From: Alphaproteobacteria bacterium
GTDB lineage: Bacteria > Pseudomonadota > Alphaproteobacteria > UBA828
Length of the DNA stretch: 64,000 nucleotides
Direction: 5' to 3'
Assembly (NCBI GenBank): GCA_965237415.1
Contig: CBDEFM010000002.1
Location: forward strand, 3,488,001 to 3,552,000
A program made the position numbers and the translations under genes. This document shows, piece after piece, positions 58,674 to 64,000 of this stretch. The number at the start of each line of letters is the position of its first letter. Positions within the stretch are counted from its first letter, which is position 1. The notes below the pieces were generated by a model. It worked only from the letters and a program-made list of their open reading frames with translations. It had not been told where the DNA came from and ran no database searches.

Positions 58674-59786
58674 GTGGACAAGCTCGACCGCAGACTGAGC
58701 GTCGCGCCGATGATGGCGCGGACGGACCGCCACTGCCGCTACTTCCTGAGGCAGATCACGGCGCGCACGCTCCTCTACAGCGAGATGATCCATGCCGAGG
58801 CGGTGCTGCGGGGCGATCGTCACCGGCTGCTGGCCTTCGACGAGGCGGAGCATCCTGTGGGCCTCCAGCTCGGCGGAGCGGAGCCCGACGCGCTGGCCCG
58901 CGCGGCGGAGGTTGGCCAGGTTTTCGGCTACGACGAGATCAATCTTAATATCGGCTGCCCCAGCCCCCGCGTCCGCGCCGGCCGCTTCGGCGCAGCCCTC
59001 ATGGAGGCGCCGGATCTGGTGGCGGATTGCGCGCGCGCGATGATCCGCGCCGTCGATGTTCCCGTCACGGTCAAGTGCCGCATCGGTGTCGCGCGGGACG
59101 CGCGCGGAGCGCACGACGGCCGGGGTGCCTATGAGGACCTGAAGGCCTTCGTCGAAACGGTCGCCGCCGCTGGCGTGAAGAGCTTCGCCGTGCATGCGCG
59201 GATCGCGGTGCTGGACGGCCTGAGCCCGGTCGAGAACCGGGAGATTCCGCCGCTCCGCTACGACGCGGTTTACCGCCTGAAGCAGGACGTGCCGACGCTA
59301 GAGGTGGTCATCAACGGCGGCGTCGCCAGCCTCGACGAAGCGGAGGCGCACCTCCACGCAGTCGACGGTGCCATGATCGGACGCGCGGCCTACGCCAATC
59401 CCGCCATTCTGCTTGCCGCCGATCGGCGCATCTTCGGTGCGCCGGCGCGTGCCCTGCCGAGCCGGCACGACATCGCCCGTGTCATGCTGCCCTATGTGCG
59501 CCAGACCTGCGCGGACGGCGTGCCGCTCCACCACATCACCCGTCACATGCTCGGGCTCTTCGCAAACCGGCCCGGCGGGCGCGCCTGGCGGCGCGCTCTC
59601 GGTGGGGGCGGCCATCGCCCCGGCGCCGGTGCCGAGGTCATCGATGAGGCGCTCGCGCTGGTGCCGGAGCGGCTCTCAGCCGATGAGGTCCCGCCCCACG
59701 ATGCCGGGTGGCCCAGCGCGGACCGAGGCAGCCGCGGCTTCACGCCGGCGCGGGAATCCCCTTCCATCAACTCTCCCGCCCGCTAA
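58674..59786 (+). CDS. dusA: tRNA dihydrouridine synthase A
   Basis: SVAPMM..TDRHCRY, NLNIGCPS, VTVKCRIG, HARIA..GLSP.ENREIPPL, GAMIGR. Confidence 0.93.
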   Translation: MDKLDRRLSVAPMMARTDRHCRYFLRQITARTLLYSEMIHAEAVLRGDRHRLLAFDEAEHPVGLQLGGAEPDALARAAEVGQVFGYDEINLNIGCPSPRVRAGRFGAALMEAPDLVADCARAMIRAVDVPVTVKCRIGVARDARGAHDGRGAYEDLKAFVETVAAAGVKSFAVHARIAVLDGLSPVENREIPPLRYDAVYRLKQDVPTLEVVINGGVASLDEAEAHLHAVDGAMIGRAAYANPAILLAADRRIFGAPARALPSRHDIARVMLPYVRQTCADGVPLHHITRHMLGLFANRPGGRAWRRALGGGGHRPGAGAEVIDEALALVPERLSADEVPPHDAGWPSADRGSRGFTPARESPSINSPAR

Positions 59787-59842
59787 GATGACACGCCCGC
59801 GGCCGAGACGGCCGTGAATTGTATGCACGGGGACGGGGAACG

Positions 59843-61942
59843 ATGGCGAGAATCGGCGTCGATGTCGGGGGGACGTTCACCGATCTCATCCTGGAGACCG
59901 ACAGTGCCGCCAACGGCGGCGGCCGGGTCTTCGTGCACAAGGTGCCGAGTACGCCGGAAGACCAGTCGCGCGGAGTCATCCAAGGCGTCCTCGAGATCTG
60001 CGCCGAGGCAGGCATTGCGCCGGGCGACATCGAGCAAATCGTGCACGGCACGACCATCGCGACGAACACGGTGATCGAGTACTCCGGCGCCGAGGTCGGA
60101 ATGCTTACCACACGGGGCTTTCGCGACATCCTGCACATGGCGCGGCACAAGCGGCCCCATAACTTCTCCGTGCAGTTCGACGTCCCCTGGCAGTCGCGCC
60201 CGCTGGTCAAGCGCCGGAACCGCATCCCGATTACCGAGCGCATCCTGCCGCCTGAGGGCAACGTCGAGACCGCGCTCGACGAGGACGAGGTGCGCGCCGC
60301 CGCCGAGCTGCTCAAGTCGCGCGACGTGGATGCCATCATCGTCTGCTTCCTCTTCGCCTTTTTGAACGATGAGCACGAGCAGCGTGCCAAGGAGATCGTC
60401 AAGGAGGTGATTCCAGATGCCTACGTCAGCTGCTCCTCCGAGGTGGTTGACGTGATCCGGGAATACGAGCGCTTCTCGACGGCGGCGATGAACGCCTTCA
60501 TCGGGCCCCGCACGTCCTTCTATCTCAACAATCTGGACACGGCGCTGAAGGAGAATGGCGTCAACGCCCAGATTCGCGTCATGCAGTCCAACGGTGGCGT
60601 GACCACGCTTGCCGGCGCGGCCGAGCGCCCGGTGACGATCCTGATGTCCGGGCCCGCTGGCGGCGTCATCGGTGGCCAGTGGGCGGGGGACATGTCGGGC
60701 GTGCGCAACCTGATCACGGTCGATATCGGCGGCACGTCGGCGGACATCAGCGTGGTGCCGGACGGCGAGGTCCGCATCATGAACCCGCGGGACACGCAGG
60801 TCGGCGGCTACCCGGTTCTGGCGCCGATGATCGACCTCGCGACGATCGGCGCCGGCGGCGGGTCGATCGCCTATGTCGACGAAGGCGGTGCCTTTCGCGT
60901 GGGTCCCCGCTCCGCCGGTGCAGCGCCGGGGCCGGCCTGCTACGGCCACGGCGGCACCGAGCCGACCGTGACCGATGCCCAGGTGGTGCTCGGCCGGCTC
61001 GATCCGGAGCAGTTCCTCGGCGGCGGCCTGGAGCTCGATCCGGCGAAGTCGCGCAAGGCGCTCGAAGACAATCTCTGCGGCCCGCTCGACATGTCGCTCG
61101 AAGAGGCGGCGCTCGGCGTGATCCGGGTGATCAACTCCAACATGTCCCTCGCGATCCGCGCCAACTCGGTCGCCAAGGGCGTCGACCCGCGGGATTATGC
61201 TCTGGTCGCCTTCGGCGGCGCCGGGCCGCTGCACGGTGTGGCACTTGCGCGCTCGGTCTTCGCGCGCGAGGTGATCGTGCCGCCGGCACCGGGCATCAAT
61301 GCCGCGACCGGGCTGCTCGCCACCGACATGCGCTACGAGTTCACCCGCTCGGTGCTGTGCGTCCTTACCAAGGCGGGCCAGGACGAGATCAACAGCCTGA
61401 ACGCCGAGACCGAAACCCTTGTGCAACGCGCGCGCGACGCCCTGGCAGCGGATGGCGTGGCGCCCGAGAACCAGCGCGTCGTCAGGATCGCCGAGTGCCG
61501 CTATCAGGGGCAGGGCTTCGAGCTTCGTGGCACCATGCCGGACGGCCCGCTGGCGCTGGATAACCGGGCAGAGCTCCTGGCGAGCTTCCATGAGCGGCAC
61601 CGGCAGGATTACGGCCACGCCTTCGAGGACCAGGAGGTCGAGGTCATCACGCTTCGGGTCGTCGCTTCGGCCGGAATCGGCGCGCTCAGTTGGCCGGAAT
61701 TACCGGCCGGCAGCGGACGCAACCCGGAAGATGCGTTGCTCTATCGCCGCGCCACCACCTTCGACGACGGCCGTGCCTACGAAACGCCGCGCTTCGACCG
61801 AGGCAAGCTCAAGGCCGGGCAGCATATCGACGGCCCCGCCATCGTCATCCAGACCGATTCGACCACGATCGTCCCGCCCGGCTACGAGGCGACGGTCGCG
61901 CAATCGGGCAATCTACACGTCAGGGAGGTCGCCGATTCATGA
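59843..61942 (+). CDS. Hydantoinase A / 5-oxoprolinase subunit family protein
   Basis: GVDVGGTFTD, HGTT, EYER, SGPAGG, DIGGTS, GAGGGS, GPRSAGA, PTVTDA. Confidence 0.93.
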   Translation: MARIGVDVGGTFTDLILETDSAANGGGRVFVHKVPSTPEDQSRGVIQGVLEICAEAGIAPGDIEQIVHGTTIATNTVIEYSGAEVGMLTTRGFRDILHMARHKRPHNFSVQFDVPWQSRPLVKRRNRIPITERILPPEGNVETALDEDEVRAAAELLKSRDVDAIIVCFLFAFLNDEHEQRAKEIVKEVIPDAYVSCSSEVVDVIREYERFSTAAMNAFIGPRTSFYLNNLDTALKENGVNAQIRVMQSNGGVTTLAGAAERPVTILMSGPAGGVIGGQWAGDMSGVRNLITVDIGGTSADISVVPDGEVRIMNPRDTQVGGYPVLAPMIDLATIGAGGGSIAYVDEGGAFRVGPRSAGAAPGPACYGHGGTEPTVTDAQVVLGRLDPEQFLGGGLELDPAKSRKALEDNLCGPLDMSLEEAALGVIRVINSNMSLAIRANSVAKGVDPRDYALVAFGGAGPLHGVALARSVFAREVIVPPAPGINAATGLLATDMRYEFTRSVLCVLTKAGQDEINSLNAETETLVQRARDALAADGVAPENQRVVRIAECRYQGQGFELRGTMPDGPLALDNRAELLASFHERHRQDYGHAFEDQEVEVITLRVVASAGIGALSWPELPAGSGRNPEDALLYRRATTFDDGRAYETPRFDRGKLKAGQHIDGPAIVIQTDSTTIVPPGYEATVAQSGNLHVREVADS

Positions 61943-63711
61943 CCGCCGAGCAGATCGAAGTCGACCCGATCACCTTGCAGGTGATCGGCGGTGCGTTGCA
62001 CACGATTGCGAAGGAGATGGGGCATGTGCTCTACCGCATGTCCTACTCGTCGATCATTCGGGAGTCGGAGGATCTCGGCGCCGGGCTCTTCGACCGCAAC
62101 TTCAATACGCTTTGCGAATCTGATTCGACGCCGATGCATATTGGCTCCATCCCGGCCTACCTGAGGGGGATCGACAAAACCCTGCACGACCCCTGGCAGC
62201 CCGGCGATATCGTGATTCACAACCATCCCTATTACGGCGCGAGCCACTCGCCGGACATCGCCGCGGTGGCGCCGGTCTTCTACGACGGCGAGCTCGTGGG
62301 CTACTCGGCCAACACGGCACACCATGTGGATATCGGCGCGGCCACGCCGGGCCTCATCATCGACGTGCCGGACGTGTTCGCCGAGGGCATGCTGTTCAAG
62401 GGCGTGAAGCTCTATGAGGGCGGCAAACTCAACCGCGCGCTCTGGCAATTTATCGAGACCAACACAAGGGTACCGAGCCAGGTGATGGGCGACGTCGAAG
62501 CCCAGGTCGCCTCCGCCGAGCTCGGTGTCAAGCGCTTCGTCGAACTCCTGGACCAGCACGGCAAGGCCGTGGTGTTCGCGGCGACCGAGCAGCTCATGGA
62601 CTATTCCGAGCATATGCTGCGCCGCCAGATCGCGGCGATTCCCGACGGCGAATACAGGGCCGAGGGCTTCCTGGACGACGACGGGCGGAACCGCAAGCAG
62701 CCGCTCCCGGTCAAGGTCGCGGTGCGCATTGAGGGCGATTCGGTCGAGGTCGACCTCACCGGCTCCGCCCCGCAGGTGCCGACCGCCTTCAACGTGCCCT
62801 TCGAAGGCTCGACCAAGGTCGCCTGCTACTTTGCCTTTCGCGCGCTCCTGCTCGACACGGCGACGACCAGCGAGCATGTGCCGCAGAACGAGGGCTCGTT
62901 CCGGCCCATCACGGTCACCGCGCCCAAGGGCACGATCTTCAATCCCGAGTATCCGGCGGCGGCGGAGGCGCGCTTCAACCAGATCCAGCGCGTGGTCGAC
63001 TGCATCGCCAAGGCGCTCGCGCCGGTGATCCCGGAGAAGGTGACGGCGGGCTCATCGGCCGATGTTTCGGCGATCGCCTATTCCGGCGTCAGGCCCGACG
63101 GCCAGTACTGGATCTTCATCGAGGTCAACGAGGGCGCCTGCGGCGGGCGACCGCACTCGGACGGGCCGGACACCATCGAGGAGCTGATGCGGAATACGCG
63201 CAACAACCCGATCGAGGATCTCGGCATGCACCTGCCGCTTCTCTGCGATCGCTACGAGCTCCGCGACGATGTGATGCCGGGCGCGGGCCGTCATCGCGGC
63301 GGCATCGGCGTGATCAAGGTGCAGCGCTACCTCACGCCTGGCTTCCTCACCCATGAGGCGGACCGACATGACGACCCGCCCTGGGGCTTTCGCGGCGGGA
63401 CCGCTGGCCGCGGCGGGCGCCTCATCAAGTACAACATCGCGGATCCGGACCGGGTCGACGATCTGCCGGCAAAGATCCACGGGCTGCGCAACCAGACCGG
63501 CGATTGCATCGGCTTCATGGGGCCGTGCGGGGGCGGCTACGGGGATCCGCTGGAGCGCCCGGCCGAGCAGGTGCGCGAGGACGTGCTCGACGACTTCTGC
63601 ACCCGCGAGCACGCTAATCAGGCTTACGGGGTCGTTATCACCGAGGGGCTGGAGCTCGACGTGGCCGCCACCGAAGCGCGGCGCGCCGAGATGGCGAAAC
63701 AGGTGGCTTAG
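61939..63711 (+). CDS. Hydantoinase B / 5-oxoprolinase subunit family protein
   Basis: [43 protein letters not shown]. Confidence 0.93.
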   Translation: MTAEQIEVDPITLQVIGGALHTIAKEMGHVLYRMSYSSIIRESEDLGAGLFDRNFNTLCESDSTPMHIGSIPAYLRGIDKTLHDPWQPGDIVIHNHPYYGASHSPDIAAVAPVFYDGELVGYSANTAHHVDIGAATPGLIIDVPDVFAEGMLFKGVKLYEGGKLNRALWQFIETNTRVPSQVMGDVEAQVASAELGVKRFVELLDQHGKAVVFAATEQLMDYSEHMLRRQIAAIPDGEYRAEGFLDDDGRNRKQPLPVKVAVRIEGDSVEVDLTGSAPQVPTAFNVPFEGSTKVACYFAFRALLLDTATTSEHVPQNEGSFRPITVTAPKGTIFNPEYPAAAEARFNQIQRVVDCIAKALAPVIPEKVTAGSSADVSAIAYSGVRPDGQYWIFIEVNEGACGGRPHSDGPDTIEELMRNTRNNPIEDLGMHLPLLCDRYELRDDVMPGAGRHRGGIGVIKVQRYLTPGFLTHEADRHDDPPWGFRGGTAGRGGRLIKYNIADPDRVDDLPAKIHGLRNQTGDCIGFMGPCGGGYGDPLERPAEQVREDVLDDFCTREHANQAYGVVITEGLELDVAATEARRAEMAKQVA

Positions 63712-64000
63712 AGACGGAAGCGATCGCCGAGGTAAACGCGGCGAACTTCGTCGTGTGAGACGATCTCCGAAGGGGCGCCCTCCATCAACAGGGTGCCCTC
63801 GTTGATAATGTAGGCGCGATCGACGATTTCGAGCGCTTCCCTCACATTGTGGTCCGTCAGCAGCACGCCGATGCCGCGGTCCTTGAGGTGGGCCACGAGG
63901 TCGCGAATCTCCGCGACCGCGATCGGGTCAATTCCCGACAGCGGCTCGTCGAGCAGCATGAAGCGCGGCTTCGAGGCGAGGGCACGGGCGATCTCCACGC
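63708..64000 (-). CDS. lptB: LPS export ABC transporter ATP-binding protein (3' end only)
   Basis: [37 protein letters not shown]. Confidence 0.9.
   Translation of the reverse strand, partial: VEIARALASKPRFMLLDEPLSGIDPIAVAEIRDLVAHLKDRGIGVLLTDHNVREALEIVDRAYIINEGTLLMEGAPSEIVSHDEVRRVYLGDRFRL

Noticed and set aside
1-64000. IS elements, prophage, integrase, tRNA or defence genes
   Set aside because: No transposase, integrase, nuclease or tRNA signatures recognised; nearly all coding space is explained by known families.

Overview
Very GC-rich alphaproteobacterial (Rhodospirillales-like) chromosomal segment, mostly housekeeping. It contains a PLP-dependent D-cysteine-desulfhydrase-family gene (partial), a Dpp/Opp-type ABC transporter whose binding-protein gene lacks its 5' part, uvrB, apaG-folE-trkH, a CCG-domain Fe-S oxidoreductase/DUF3501 pair lacking its usual rubrerythrin, EF-G2-mlaA-mlaC, djlA-EamA-amidase-rnpB, a complete dcw cluster (mraZ to lpxC), fdhD-cobW, argH-lptM-lysA, ydcF-plsC without ftsEX, nrdJ, dusA, a hydantoinase/oxoprolinase pair and the 3' end of lptB. 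I saw no transposase, integrase, phage, tRNA or CRISPR array. The strongest unexplained signal is a pair of homologous ~290-bp non-coding elements (about 5095-5379 and 11434-11722), each between convergent genes. Each has a conserved long hairpin, a 10-bp-phased TCCC(A) array resembling the mraZ operator in this window, an AAGAA(A)TGT motif and a second GC hairpin. A second notable signal is an orphan cassette of tandem NrdR-like boxes plus a LexA box between rnpB and mraZ. All calls come from reading the sequence by eye; no searches or folding programs were run.
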